Below are positions 27,773 through 38,070 of a stretch of DNA of 44,328 nt, piece after piece (position 1 is the stretch's first letter; every line of letters starts with the position of its first letter). Origin of the DNA: Tubiluchus corallicola. Lineage: Eukaryota; Animalia; Priapulida. The stretch spans positions 1 through 44,328 of the forward strand of contig JAQGDQ010002429.1 of NCBI GenBank assembly GCA_030141605.1, in the 5' to 3' direction. The notes under the pieces were generated by a model. It had not been told where the DNA came from and did not search any database. It saw only the letters and a list, made by a program, of their open reading frames with translations. The translations under genes and the position numbers were made by a program.

Positions 27773-29659
27773 TCACAATGAACGCCCAAATAAATGCTCA
27801 ATATCCTTCAACTGAAGCTTAATCCATGTCGGACGACCATGACTGCACTGACTAGACCGAGGAATCCTCTCCATCTCCCTTAACAAGGCATTCATCTCCT
27901 CTAACGTCAAAACCCGACCCGCACGAATACTCCCATGGCAGGCCATACTGGAACAAACCTCCATTAATTTCTCTTTTAATATCTCCGTCGCCTCAAAACT
28001 CTCCAGCTGAGACGCTAAATCCTCTATCAACCCTTTAATATCCGTAACACCCAATAAAGCCGGAACCTCACGAACAACAACCGCCCCACTACCAAAAACC
28101 TCCACAACAAGACCAAGCTCTAAAAGCTCTTCTTTCCTCTCCTCAATACGCGCGGCGGAAACCGGATCCAACTCCACCATTTCCGGCAAAAGCAACCCCT
28201 GACGAACAATCTCCCCCTTCTTAAGCTCTTTGACAAAACCCTCATACACAATTCGCTCATGGGCCGCATGCTGATCAACAATAATCAACCCCTCACTCGT
28301 CTGAGCAAGAATATACTTCTTTTGAATCTGAGCACAGGCAACACCCAAGGGAAAATCAGACGGCTCAGGTACCTTCTCACGCTCCGCAGGCAAGGCGGCA
28401 GCGGCGACTTCAGGCCCCTCTTGCACCTCATGAGAAAAAGAACCCCGCTGAAAACGAGACGCCGTATGAGAACCAACCTCCCTTGGCGTAAAAAAAGACG
28501 AACTCCCTTTTCTCTCCTTAAAACTCCCCCGCCCAATCCAATGCTCTTGTTTACCTCGCTCGGGAAAACGATCTCGCTTTTCTTCCGGGAAAATCGACGC
28601 CTCTTTTTCAACAGAGCCCAAAGCATCACGCACACTCCCTTGCGGCGGCTTATAACCAAAATTTACAATCGCTTGCCGAATAACACCAACAAGAAAATTG
28701 CGAACATGCTGACTCTCCCGAAAACGAACCTCACTCTTCGCGGGATGCGCGTTCATATCCACCATCTTAGGATCAATTTCCAAAAATAAAACCAACAACG
28801 GATGACGAGAAGAGGCAATAACATCACGATAAGCCCCCCGAACAGACCCCGCGATTAAACGATCCTGAACAGGGCGCCTGTTCACAAAAAAAAGCTGCTT
28901 CCCCGTATTTTCACGATGAAACGCAGGATCCCCTATCCAGCCCGAAAGCTTCATATAAGAATCTTCCGACTCAATATAAGAGGAGTTCTCAGAAAACTCC
29001 TTCCCCATAACAAGAGATAAACGCTCGCTCATACCTTCCGGCACCGAACGATCCGCAGAAGGAAAATATAACGGCTTTTGCTTTCCATGCGTAAGCGAAA
29101 AGGTAATATGAGGATGCGAAAGAACCAAACGCGTTATCACTTCCGTAATGCGTATCTGCTCCGTCTTCGCTGATCGCAAAAACTTCAACCGAGCCGGCAA
29201 AGCAGAAAAAAGATTACTAACCTCAATATGAGTCCCTTCCTGCAAGGCAGCGGGCTCAATCTCACCTTTCTCCCCGTTGATAACCTTGATAGAGGCCGCA
29301 TGCTCCTCTCCTTTTTTCCGAGAGGTAATCATCACCGTGCTAACCGCACTCATCGCGGCAAGTGCCTCTCCCCTGAATCCCATAGTTTGAATATAAGAAA
29401 GATCATGAGCCGCCAACTTCGATGTCGCATGGCGCTCTACGGCCATCGGAAGCTCCTCTGCCGACATGCCAACACCATCGTCACGAACAGACATAAAACT
29501 CTGCCCACCGTTACGCGTCGTAATATCAATACGGCTTGATCCCGCATCAATGCTATTCTCGACAAGCTCCCGAATAACAGAAGAAGGGCGCTCAATCACC
29601 TCTCCAGCAGCAATCTGGTTCACCACATGGGAGGGCAAAAACTGTATTGAAGAATTCAT
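27773..29659 (-). CDS. mutL: DNA mismatch repair endonuclease MutL
   Basis: NQIAAGEVIERP, GFRGEAL, DQHAAHERIVYE, ACHGSIRAG, CSHGRP. Start moved to ATG 29659 to avoid overlap with pgi. Confidence 0.97.
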   Translation of the reverse strand: MNSSIQFLPSHVVNQIAAGEVIERPSSVIRELVENSIDAGSSRIDITTRNGGQSFMSVRDDGVGMSAEELPMAVERHATSKLAAHDLSYIQTMGFRGEALAAMSAVSTVMITSRKKGEEHAASIKVINGEKGEIEPAALQEGTHIEVSNLFSALPARLKFLRSAKTEQIRITEVITRLVLSHPHITFSLTHGKQKPLYFPSADRSVPEGMSERLSLVMGKEFSENSSYIESEDSYMKLSGWIGDPAFHRENTGKQLFFVNRRPVQDRLIAGSVRGAYRDVIASSRHPLLVLFLEIDPKMVDMNAHPAKSEVRFRESQHVRNFLVGVIRQAIVNFGYKPPQGSVRDALGSVEKEASIFPEEKRDRFPERGKQEHWIGRGSFKERKGSSSFFTPREVGSHTASRFQRGSFSHEVQEGPEVAAAALPAEREKVPEPSDFPLGVACAQIQKKYILAQTSEGLIIVDQHAAHERIVYEGFVKELKKGEIVRQGLLLPEMVELDPVSAARIEERKEELLELGLVVEVFGSGAVVVREVPALLGVTDIKGLIEDLASQLESFEATEILKEKLMEVCSSMACHGSIRAGRVLTLEEMNALLREMERIPRSSQCSHGRPTWIKLQLKDIEHLFGRSL

Positions 29660-29702
29660 TATAAAACTCTCTTGCCTCTCAATCTTTAAAAACACACTAT
29701 CA

Positions 29703-31322
29703 CTATATCTGCTTCGCGATTCTTTCCATAAGAGCCGTCGTCGAGCCGTCATGAGCGGAAAAGTCACCTTCCTGCCATTCTTTTAAAATCGCGCTCGCTA
29801 GCTTTTTTCCAAGCTCAACACCCCATTGATCATATGAATTCAGCCCCCAAATAACCCCTTGAACAAAAATTTTATGCTCATAAAGAGCAATCAGCATACC
29901 AAGATTAAATGGAGTAATCTCATCAAACAACAGCGTATTCGTCGGACGATTCCCTGAAAAAACCTTATGAGATAATAGGCTTTCTAGCGCTTGACCCCGC
30001 GTGTCATTTTTAACCTCTTCCAGCGTCCTTCCTCGCATTAACGCCTCTGTTTGTGCCAGAAAATTAGCTAAAAGAATCTTATGATGATCCCCTGCCTGAT
30101 TATGTGTCTTGATCGGCGCTATAAAATCCGCGGGAATAATATCTGTCCCCTGATGAAGAAGCTGATAAAAAGAATGTTGCCCATTGGTTCCAGGCTCTCC
30201 AAAAATAACAGGACCTGTCTTCCAAGTAACCCGCTGACCATCACGGGTCGTGGATTTCCCGTTGCTCTCCATATCGGCCTGCTGCAAATAAGCCGGAAAC
30301 CTATGCAGATATTGATCATACGGTAAAACAGCATAGGACGCCAGTTGAAAAAAATTACGATACCAAATGCCTAAAAGAGCAAGAATTACAGGAGCGTTTT
30401 TCTCAAGCGGCACTGTTTTAAAATGCTGATCCATCGCAAAAGCACCCTTTAACAGAGCTGAAAAATTCTGCATACCAACCATAAGAGCAACAGATAAACC
30501 AATTGACGACCATACAGAATAACGACCACCAACCCAATCCCAAAATATAAACATATTAGACGCCTTAATACCAAACGCCTCTACAGCCTCCTGATTAGTT
30601 GAAAGAGCAACAAAATGACTGGATACCGCCGCTTCTCCCAACTGATCCGTTAACCATCGACGCGCCGTATAAGCGTTGGTTAATGTTTCCTGTGTCGTAA
30701 ATGTTTTAGACGCGATAATAAAAAGCGTCGTCTCCGGATTTAACGACTTTAATGTCTCACATATATGCGTCCCATCAACATTCGAAACAAAATGCGCCGA
30801 TAAACGCTCATGATGAAAGGGACGCAACGCCTCACTGACCATCACGGGCCCCAGATCAGAACCGCCAATACCTATATTGACAATATCTGTGATTTCCTTC
30901 CCGCTGCTGCCTTTCCATTGGCCTTCTCTTACAGATTCGCAAAAACGCTCCATATGCATAAGAACACCGCTCACATCCTTGATAATATCTTGGCCATCAA
31001 GATTAAACGTATCCGATCCCTGATAACGCAAAGCCGTATGTAAAACAGCCCTGTTTTCTGTATTATTGATCCTTTCTCCCGCGAACATGGCATCACGCTG
31101 CCGCTCGACACCAGCTTCTTTCGCAAGCGCGCAAAGGCACGCCATCGTCTCTTCTGTAATACGATTTTTAGAATAATCCAAAAATAAGCCTTCAATCTCC
31201 AGAGAAAAGCGCTGCGCGCGCTGCGGATCCTCCCTGAATAAATCACGCATATGAAATGAACAAACCGTATGATAATGCTTTTCCAAAGCATGAACTGACG
31301 ACAATGATGTAAATGATGGCAT
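29703..31322 (-). CDS. pgi: Glucose-6-phosphate isomerase
   Basis: [41 protein letters not shown]. Confidence 0.97.
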   Translation of the reverse strand: MPSFTSLSSVHALEKHYHTVCSFHMRDLFREDPQRAQRFSLEIEGLFLDYSKNRITEETMACLCALAKEAGVERQRDAMFAGERINNTENRAVLHTALRYQGSDTFNLDGQDIIKDVSGVLMHMERFCESVREGQWKGSSGKEITDIVNIGIGGSDLGPVMVSEALRPFHHERLSAHFVSNVDGTHICETLKSLNPETTLFIIASKTFTTQETLTNAYTARRWLTDQLGEAAVSSHFVALSTNQEAVEAFGIKASNMFIFWDWVGGRYSVWSSIGLSVALMVGMQNFSALLKGAFAMDQHFKTVPLEKNAPVILALLGIWYRNFFQLASYAVLPYDQYLHRFPAYLQQADMESNGKSTTRDGQRVTWKTGPVIFGEPGTNGQHSFYQLLHQGTDIIPADFIAPIKTHNQAGDHHKILLANFLAQTEALMRGRTLEEVKNDTRGQALESLLSHKVFSGNRPTNTLLFDEITPFNLGMLIALYEHKIFVQGVIWGLNSYDQWGVELGKKLASAILKEWQEGDFSAHDGSTTALMERIAKQI

Positions 31323-31420
31323 GTAAGCAGACTCCTAATACACTTTATTAACAGAGAAATAGATGGTGCTTCTTTCAATGACCAAGGGGCTATTTTTCCT
31401 ATAATAAACGCTCTGGCTTA

Positions 31421-31711
31421 TCAAGAAAAAAGCAATAAAGCAATTCCTGTATTCATTGCTATCCAAGAGCAAAAAGGCGAAAAAAGAATACGCCACAAAC
31501 GCGTCTCAGGAACATATCCCAACCCATGCACAAACCCTCCTGAAGCACCAAAAAGTGTCAAAAATAAATAGGCATGATCCCTTCCACCAACTGATATGCC
31601 CAGAGGTTGCGCGAAAATTAACAGCAAAATGGAAATCCCTCCTGCCATTATAAGACTGAGCATCTGACTTAATCTCAGCCTCTGCTTTTTTGTATCACAC
31701 TGCATTTTCAA
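31421..31711 (-). CDS. ybgE: cyd operon membrane protein YbgE
   Basis: GFVHGLGYVP...WRILFSP motif; position downstream of cydB/cydX. Confidence 0.8.
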   Translation of the reverse strand: MKMQCDTKKQRLRLSQMLSLIMAGGISILLLIFAQPLGISVGGRDHAYLFLTLFGASGGFVHGLGYVPETRLWRILFSPFCSWIAMNTGIALLLFS

Positions 31712-31743
31712 TCCTGTTGATTAACGATTTAATTACCCTATAA

Positions 31744-31779
31744 GAATTCAGCTCAAGCGTTTCCCCCTGAGCTGAATTC
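31744..31779 (-). terminator. 12-bp stem-loop between cydX and ybgE (terminator or mRNA-stabilising hairpin)
   Basis: GAATTCAGCTCA-N12-TGAGCTGAATTC. Confidence 0.6.
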
Positions 31780-31803
31780 CCGTTAGCGTACTATCATAGG
31801 ATT

Positions 31804-31974
31804 TTATTCTTCTTGTTCCTGCTCCAGACAAGCGTCCATACATATGCCCGCCTTAAGCGCAAATATAGAAACAAGCGGCAGCCCTATAACCCAAAGAATA
31901 TATAACCAGCTAGCTTGCGATATAAGTAAATACATAACCAGTGGTAATCCAACTATCCACAAAAAATATGTCAT
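31804..31974 (-). CDS. cydX: Cytochrome bd small subunit CydX-like, 56 aa, with internal duplication
   Basis: Hand translation MTYFLWIVGLPLVMYLLISQASWLYILWVIGLPLVSIFALKAGICMDACLEQEQEE; AGGGAG RBS; directly after cydB. Confidence 0.8.
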   Translation of the reverse strand: MTYFLWIVGLPLVMYLLISQASWLYILWVIGLPLVSIFALKAGICMDACLEQEQEE

Positions 31975-31993
31975 ATTTTTCTCCCTCTACTTC

Positions 31994-33136
31994 CTAGTAA
32001 GCTTCACCGGTTGTATTTTCAATTGTCTCAGGCGTAACTTTGCCTCTTAAAACATGGAAAACCCACGCTGTATACAGTAAAACAATCGGCACAAAAATCA
32101 ACGCCGCGATCAGCATATTAAACAAAGTCGCCTCGCTTGATGACGCGTCCCAAACCGTTAAACTATGGCTGGGATGAGAGCTGGACGGAAGAATAAAAGG
32201 AAACATCGCCAAACCAACTGTTGAGATAATCCCCAAAAGCGCTGTACCACTCGTAATGAAAGCATATCCAAAACTTTCCTGCTTAATAAACAAGAAAGTC
32301 CCAAGTAAACCACCAATAGCAAGCAGAGGAGCCAGGAATTTCCAAGGGCTATTCATCATATTTTGCATCCATTGCCCACTTTCCAGCACGACAACTTTCG
32401 CAACCGGATTTGACGGCCCTGTTGTATTGATCTCAGAAGTGAAGGCATATCCATCGATTCCTACGGCCACCCAAACACCCGCCAACACAAACAGACCAAG
32501 AGCCGCCAACGCACAGTGGCGCGCGATCTCACTCGCACGCGCGCTCAGAGGCATCTCCGTTTTCAACGCGATGTAAACACCTCCATGCATAACAAGCATA
32601 GCAACGCTAACCAAGCCGCAAAGGATCGCAAACGGATTCAAAAGGCCGAAAAATCCACCCGTATAAAGAGGTGTTAAGAAAAGCTCATCCATATGGAAAG
32701 GAACGCCTTGAATAACGTTTCCAACAGCCACACCAAAAATCAAAGCAGGAACAGCCCCGCCGACAAAAAGACACCAGTCCCATGTCTCCCGCCAGGTTTC
32801 ATTCTCCATCTTGCTACGGAATTTAAAAGCAACCGGCCTTAAAATCAATGAGAACAAAACAAGCATTATCGCAAGATAAAATCCGGAAAAACTAATCGCG
32901 TAAACAAAAGGCCATGCCGCGAAAATAGCGCCGCCCCCTAACAGAAGCCAAACCTGATTTCCCTCCCAAACGGGAGCAACTGTATTGATAACAACGCGTC
33001 GTTCCTTGTCTGTTTTCGCTATAAAAGGAAGTAATGCGGCAACTCCGAGATCGAAACCATCCATAATGGCAAAACCAATCAGCAGAACCCCTAATAACAA
33101 CCACCAGATAATGCGCAAAATTTCATAATCAAGCAT
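31994..33136 (-). CDS. cydB: Cytochrome bd ubiquinol oxidase subunit II
   Basis: DGFDLG, PVWEGNQVWL, LTVWDASSS. Confidence 0.97.
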   Translation of the reverse strand: MLDYEILRIIWWLLLGVLLIGFAIMDGFDLGVAALLPFIAKTDKERRVVINTVAPVWEGNQVWLLLGGGAIFAAWPFVYAISFSGFYLAIMLVLFSLILRPVAFKFRSKMENETWRETWDWCLFVGGAVPALIFGVAVGNVIQGVPFHMDELFLTPLYTGGFFGLLNPFAILCGLVSVAMLVMHGGVYIALKTEMPLSARASEIARHCALAALGLFVLAGVWVAVGIDGYAFTSEINTTGPSNPVAKVVVLESGQWMQNMMNSPWKFLAPLLAIGGLLGTFLFIKQESFGYAFITSGTALLGIISTVGLAMFPFILPSSSHPSHSLTVWDASSSEATLFNMLIAALIFVPIVLLYTAWVFHVLRGKVTPETIENTTGEAY

Positions 33137-34710
33137 TAGTTTTCCTCCTGTTGTGATTCTGTTGTTTCATCTTTTGTTAAATATGTTCTATAGTTATCCG
33201 GCCCAAGACGTACATATTTCAACATCAAAATAATATCAATAACAAGTAACGCGGAATATAAAAGAATAAATCCCGAGAAACTCAGCCATAAGTTTCCAAT
33301 AGATAAGGACGAAACACCTAGTGACGTTGGAAGAACATCATTAATCGCCCATGGCTGACGCCCATACTCAGCGACAAACCATCCCAATTCCGCGGCTATC
33401 CATGGAAGCGGTAAAGATAAAAGAACTATCCATAAATAACATCTGCATTGATCAAGCGTATTGTTTTTAGCTTTCCAGAAACTCCACGCAAATAAGGCTA
33501 TCATGAACAGGCCTATGCCCACCATGATTCTAAACGACCAGAACAAAGAAAAAACGTTATAAGGAACCGTATCTGCTGCGGCTTTTGCGATGATTTCTTC
33601 TGAAGCCATTAGCGGGTCCTCTATATAGTTTCGCAGCAGCAGTCCGTATCCAAAGTCGTCCTCATACCTCGCTAAAATAGCTCTATTTGCGGCAGTATCG
33701 TTTCCACTTCTAATGTCTTTAAATGCTGCGAAGGCTTTTTGCCCATTGCGGATTCTCTGCTCACTTTCCTGAACAATCTCACGAACACTTTGTATCTTGC
33801 CATCCTCAGCCGAGTTTGTAAGCCATCCCAAAAGTCCCGGAAACGCAAGCTCTAGTGTATTATGTTTCTCCGCATTATTAGGAAGCGCAAACAACAGTAA
33901 ATCCGCAGAACCTTCATGAGGTTCCCAGATAGCTTCTATAGCGGCCATTTTTGCTGGTTGATACTCATTGACATTATTTCCGCTTGTATGACCAGCAAAC
34001 ACAACAGCAAGAGAAATAATTAAACCAAAAGCAGCTGCAACACTCATAGAGCGCTTGGCAAACTCTATATGACGCTTTTGCAACATATAAAAAGCGCTTA
34101 CAGAAAGAACAAAAACAGCGCCTACAAGATAGCCCGCAGCCAGCGTATGCATAAATTTACTCTGAGCAACAGGGTTAAAAACAACTTCCCAAAAACTAGC
34201 GACTTCCATACGGACAGTATCCGGATTGAAATGGACGCCCGCAGGATATTGCATCCATCCATTCGCAATCAAAATCCACAAAGCAGAGAAGTTGGATCCA
34301 ATGGCAACCAACCAAGTTACAACACAATGCTGTAATTTAGAAAGCTTGTCCCATCCAAAGAAAAAGAGCCCAACAAACGTCGCTTCCAAGAAAAAGGCCA
34401 TTAAACCCTCAATCGCAAGAGGCGTCCCAAAAACATCCCCCACATAAGTTGAATAATAAGCCCAGTTGGTTCCAAACTGAAACTCCATGGTTATTCCGGT
34501 CGCAACACCCATGGCAAAATTAATACCAAAAAGCAATCCCCAAAATTTTGTCATATCACGCCAAACAACATTGCCTGTCCGAACGTAAATTGTTTCCATA
34601 ATCGCCATAATGACACTTAAACCCAATGTCAATGGAACAAAAAGAAAATGGTAAAACGCAGTTACAGCAAATTGTAAACGTGATAAATCAACGATTCCTA
34701 TATCAAACAT
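33136..34710 (-). CDS. cydA: Cytochrome bd ubiquinol oxidase subunit I (long Q-loop)
   Basis: HFLFVPLTLG, EFQFGTNW, QPAKMAAIE, FRIMVG, EYGRQPW. Confidence 0.97.
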   Translation of the reverse strand: MFDIGIVDLSRLQFAVTAFYHFLFVPLTLGLSVIMAIMETIYVRTGNVVWRDMTKFWGLLFGINFAMGVATGITMEFQFGTNWAYYSTYVGDVFGTPLAIEGLMAFFLEATFVGLFFFGWDKLSKLQHCVVTWLVAIGSNFSALWILIANGWMQYPAGVHFNPDTVRMEVASFWEVVFNPVAQSKFMHTLAAGYLVGAVFVLSVSAFYMLQKRHIEFAKRSMSVAAAFGLIISLAVVFAGHTSGNNVNEYQPAKMAAIEAIWEPHEGSADLLLFALPNNAEKHNTLELAFPGLLGWLTNSAEDGKIQSVREIVQESEQRIRNGQKAFAAFKDIRSGNDTAANRAILARYEDDFGYGLLLRNYIEDPLMASEEIIAKAAADTVPYNVFSLFWSFRIMVGIGLFMIALFAWSFWKAKNNTLDQCRCYLWIVLLSLPLPWIAAELGWFVAEYGRQPWAINDVLPTSLGVSSLSIGNLWLSFSGFILLYSALLVIDIILMLKYVRLGPDNYRTYLTKDETTESQQEEN

Positions 34711-34715
34711 TATTT

Positions 34716-34901
34716 TTAATCCCCTAACATACTTATAAGAGAAGAGTTCATTCTTAAAAAATTCATTCCAAATATTCTATTCGCAATGTCAACATCAGGA
34801 CGATGTTGCGGGCTGAAAAAAGTATAATAGAGAAAAAAAACAAACACAACTTTTACAACAATAATCGTTGCAATATGACGAACCAGTGGAATTTTAAACA
34901 T
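34716..34901 (-). CDS. Putative cytochrome bd small subunit CydP-like
   Basis: Single TM ORF (LVRHIATIIVVKVVFVFFLYYTFFSP) 5 bp upstream of cydA, with GAGGA RBS. Confidence 0.7.
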   Translation of the reverse strand: MFKIPLVRHIATIIVVKVVFVFFLYYTFFSPQHRPDVDIANRIFGMNFLRMNSSLISMLGD

Positions 34902-35144
34902 ACCTGTCCTCTCCAGCGTTTATTGAAGCCTTCTCTCTCTGCATTATCGTTTTAATACTCCCTGTATTTTTTACACTATTATAGTTTTTGCTTTAATTTA
35001 TAAAATGAGAGCGGCACTTTTAAAGTTTTAGTTGTAACACCCTTATTTTAAAGCCATTTATACCCTTTAGAGTTATCCCTCCATATCACTATAGTATAAT
35101 TTACTGATAATAACAGCTATTTTTTTATCTTTCCTATTATTTTT

Positions 35145-36401
35145 CTAACATGGCAGCTGAATACGAACAATACTTCCAACGCCTACCGTGCTTTCAATAT
35201 AAAGGCTTCCTCCATGATACTGTATAATTTTTTCGGCAATTGAAAGCCCTAAGCCTGCCTTCTTGCCTAACTCTGAACAATTCTTCCCAACCCGATAAAA
35301 ACATTCCGTTAAATGAGGAATATACTCAGAGGCGATACCTTCTCCCTCATCTTCAACAATGACCTGAACATAGGGCTTTGAATCAATTGTTACCCGCTTG
35401 GCGGAAACAGTAACAGAACTGCTTTCATGACAGTAATATACCGAATTTTCAAATAGATAAAAAAAGACTTTAACTAAAGAATCATATCGCCCAGAAATTG
35501 CCGGCAAAGACTCTAACGAAGAAGAAGACAGATCAATATGAATCTTTTTCTCCCGAGCACGAGACGTAACAAGCATCTTCGCTTGTGTGCAGGCGTCTTT
35601 TAAAGAAACAGACTCAGAAAAGACCGCCTTCTCTAAAGAAGACCATTTTAAAAATGTCAGAAAATGATCGGTAATCGATATCATTGATTCCGTTTTTTGA
35701 TTCATTATCTTTAAAAAATGCCGTTGCGCGCTTGATCCATCTCGCCGATGCTTCACCAGCGCACCCATAAAATCACGCAAAGACTCCAAAAGAGGCCTGA
35801 TCTCCTGCGTAATATTGGCTGTAACATCAGCATGCCTTTGCTTTACATGATGCATGATAGAAATATCCTGCAGAAAAACTAAAACCATCTCCTCAGAAAA
35901 ACCGTGAGAAAGAAAAATAATATTAACCCCATAAGGCCTCAAACCATTGTCATGGGTCGAAAATTGTAGCCGCTGCGGCTCTCGCTGATCGAACGCTTTA
36001 TCCACAGCATTAAGAACTTCCGGATGACGTAGCGTAAATGACAAAGGACGATTAATCGGATGAGCGCAAAAAACCTCATAAATATCAGCACTGGCAGCTA
36101 CTGTTTTTCTTTGCTGATCAACAAGCAGCAAAAGACCGGGAAACATATTAACTAAAGAAAAGACAGCCTCCCTATCATCCTGATGAGCACTCGTGCTCTC
36201 ACTTGATAAAGCAGCAACAGGAACCTCCTCCATATCACGCGCAATAATGTTCCCATAAACAAAAATACCCGACGCTATCATCGATAAAATAATCAATAAT
36301 AAACCAACACCAAAATCAACCATTCCCATAAAAACAAACGTTAAAAAAATCCCAACAACAACAACAATACATGCTATAGCAATATGCTTAATCATAATCA
36401 A
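35145..36401 (-). CDS. PhoR-like membrane sensor histidine kinase with a degenerate H-box
   Basis: Two TMs, PAS-like LRHPE, N box ENS, G1 DEGEGI, F box FYRV, G2 GLGLSI; H-box reads ANITQEIRPLL. Confidence 0.8.
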   Translation of the reverse strand: MIMIKHIAIACIVVVVGIFLTFVFMGMVDFGVGLLLIILSMIASGIFVYGNIIARDMEEVPVAALSSESTSAHQDDREAVFSLVNMFPGLLLLVDQQRKTVAASADIYEVFCAHPINRPLSFTLRHPEVLNAVDKAFDQREPQRLQFSTHDNGLRPYGVNIIFLSHGFSEEMVLVFLQDISIMHHVKQRHADVTANITQEIRPLLESLRDFMGALVKHRRDGSSAQRHFLKIMNQKTESMISITDHFLTFLKWSSLEKAVFSESVSLKDACTQAKMLVTSRAREKKIHIDLSSSSLESLPAISGRYDSLVKVFFYLFENSVYYCHESSSVTVSAKRVTIDSKPYVQVIVEDEGEGIASEYIPHLTECFYRVGKNCSELGKKAGLGLSIAEKIIQYHGGSLYIESTVGVGSIVRIQLPC

Positions 36402-36417
36402 AACATCCTATATATTC

Positions 36418-37272
36418 TCATTTGCTTTGTGGCTTTGTCTTATATTTACCCAATTTATTTTTAATAGATATTGTCTCTATAATGCCTTGAACAAGGACCT
36501 CCATGTCTTTGTCCGCCTGATAATCCGCCAGCACGACATAATCCACTCGCCCCTGCTTAAGAAGATCTTGGCAATTTTTCTTTCCACCTCTAATTTTCGG
36601 ATTATACACCGCAATCGCAGTTCCCCCTTGATACTTCAGCATTTTCATACAAGGAACATCCGTTGCTCCATCCCCTATATAAATGATATTTGAAAAAGGA
36701 ACCCGCCTTTCTTGTTCTAAAGTATATTCGTTGATTGTTTTATTGTTATAGGAATTTTCTATGCCCTTATTAATCCGAAAAAGATATTGTGTCTTTGTCG
36801 TATAATTAATAGCAAGCGCCGGCCAACGCGCAACATCATGCTGATCATACAAAAACCCCGAGGCAAAAACATATTTAAACTGTTTGTAAATGGGCGTCCC
36901 TTCTAAAAGCTCCCTGAGCCCCGAGGAGATAATATAATGCTCAAGAGTCACCTTTTGGGTTTTCGCATACTCGTTTATCCTATCAAACCAGCTCGAAACA
37001 CCATCAAATAATGGAACATTCTTCCCATGTTCCTGGAAAGCCTGCTTGTTAATCGGTTTATTTTTTCCATCCGCTTTTTTTAACATCAAATACATATAAG
37101 CAAGAATTTCATCCATATCCTGCTTTTCAGCGAGTTCACCCACTTCCTCCCAGAAGTCGTCTTTTTTCATTCCGATATCTGGTATAAAGGAATGTTCCTG
37201 CATATTTCCCGGAGCAAGCGTTCCGTCAAAATCATAGGCGATTGCAACAATTGGTTGTTTTTTCTTTGGCAT
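36418..37272 (-). CDS. HAD-superfamily hydrolase
   Basis: YDFDGTL, IISSG, K, YIGDGATD motifs I-IV. Confidence 0.85.
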   Translation of the reverse strand: MPKKKQPIVAIAYDFDGTLAPGNMQEHSFIPDIGMKKDDFWEEVGELAEKQDMDEILAYMYLMLKKADGKNKPINKQAFQEHGKNVPLFDGVSSWFDRINEYAKTQKVTLEHYIISSGLRELLEGTPIYKQFKYVFASGFLYDQHDVARWPALAINYTTKTQYLFRINKGIENSYNNKTINEYTLEQERRVPFSNIIYIGDGATDVPCMKMLKYQGGTAIAVYNPKIRGGKKNCQDLLKQGRVDYVVLADYQADKDMEVLVQGIIETISIKNKLGKYKTKPQSK

Positions 37273-37291
37273 TCTGCTCCTCTAGCTGCTG

Positions 37292-37960
37292 TTATTCTTT
37301 CGACTGCGGGGCTTTCCACCCTTCCGGATCTTTTAAAAAGCAAGCGACTTCATCCAGTGTCTCGACGGAGAAAGTTTTTTCCTCTCTGGCCACATTAAGA
37401 ATGTCATGCCATGTCGCCAGAGCATGCAGCTGAACACCCGCTTGCTCCAAAAGGGTAATGCTTTGCGGAAAAATTCCATAATGAAAAATAACAAAAACAT
37501 GCGCGACCCTGCCTTCCGCTTCACGCAATGCCTCAATAAAGCTGATTTTACTCCCTCCATCCGTGGCGAGATCCTCAACCAGTAAAATCCGATCCTCTTT
37601 CTTTAAATTTCCCTCAATTCGAGCATTTTTCCCAAAGCCCTTAGGCTTCTTTCGCACATAATGCATCGGTAGCTGTAGACGATCCGCAATCCAGGCAGCA
37701 AACGGTATCCCCGCCGTTTCTCCCCCCGCGATACCATCAAACGCCTCTATACCCATATCATTGATGATTTTCGTAACAGCAAAATCCATCAGAACAGACC
37801 GCGCTCTGGGAAAAGCTATTAATTTACGGCAATCCACATAGGTTGGGCTTTTCTTCCCTGATGTCAGCGTAAAGGGCGTATCAACATTAAAATTAACGGC
37901 TTTTATATCCAATAAAATTTTCGCCGTAATACGAGCTATCTCGTTTGTCTGTATCTTCAT
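37292..37960 (-). CDS. pyrE: Orotate phosphoribosyltransferase
   Basis: FTLTSGKKSPTYVDCR, YVRKKPKGFG, LLVEDLATDGGS. Confidence 0.95.
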   Translation of the reverse strand: MKIQTNEIARITAKILLDIKAVNFNVDTPFTLTSGKKSPTYVDCRKLIAFPRARSVLMDFAVTKIINDMGIEAFDGIAGGETAGIPFAAWIADRLQLPMHYVRKKPKGFGKNARIEGNLKKEDRILLVEDLATDGGSKISFIEALREAEGRVAHVFVIFHYGIFPQSITLLEQAGVQLHALATWHDILNVAREEKTFSVETLDEVACFLKDPEGWKAPQSKE

Positions 37961-38070
37961 TTTCTACCTTTTTTCATCTTCAAAATCTCTATTGAGAAAA
38001 TAATAATTCCATTTATCACTGCTTTTCATACCCTGTTGATAAACTCGTTTTTATACGTGAATATTCTTTC

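Noticed and set aside
24636-27776. Many ORFs with repeated IVSEMSWTSNYN or YSCWSNSFLIQ
   Set aside because: Artefacts of translating the 66-bp CRISPR period, which is a multiple of three.
28259-28789. 176-aa + strand ORF and other short antisense ORFs in the track
   Set aside because: Shadow frames opposite well-conserved genes (here mutL), with no recognisable motifs.
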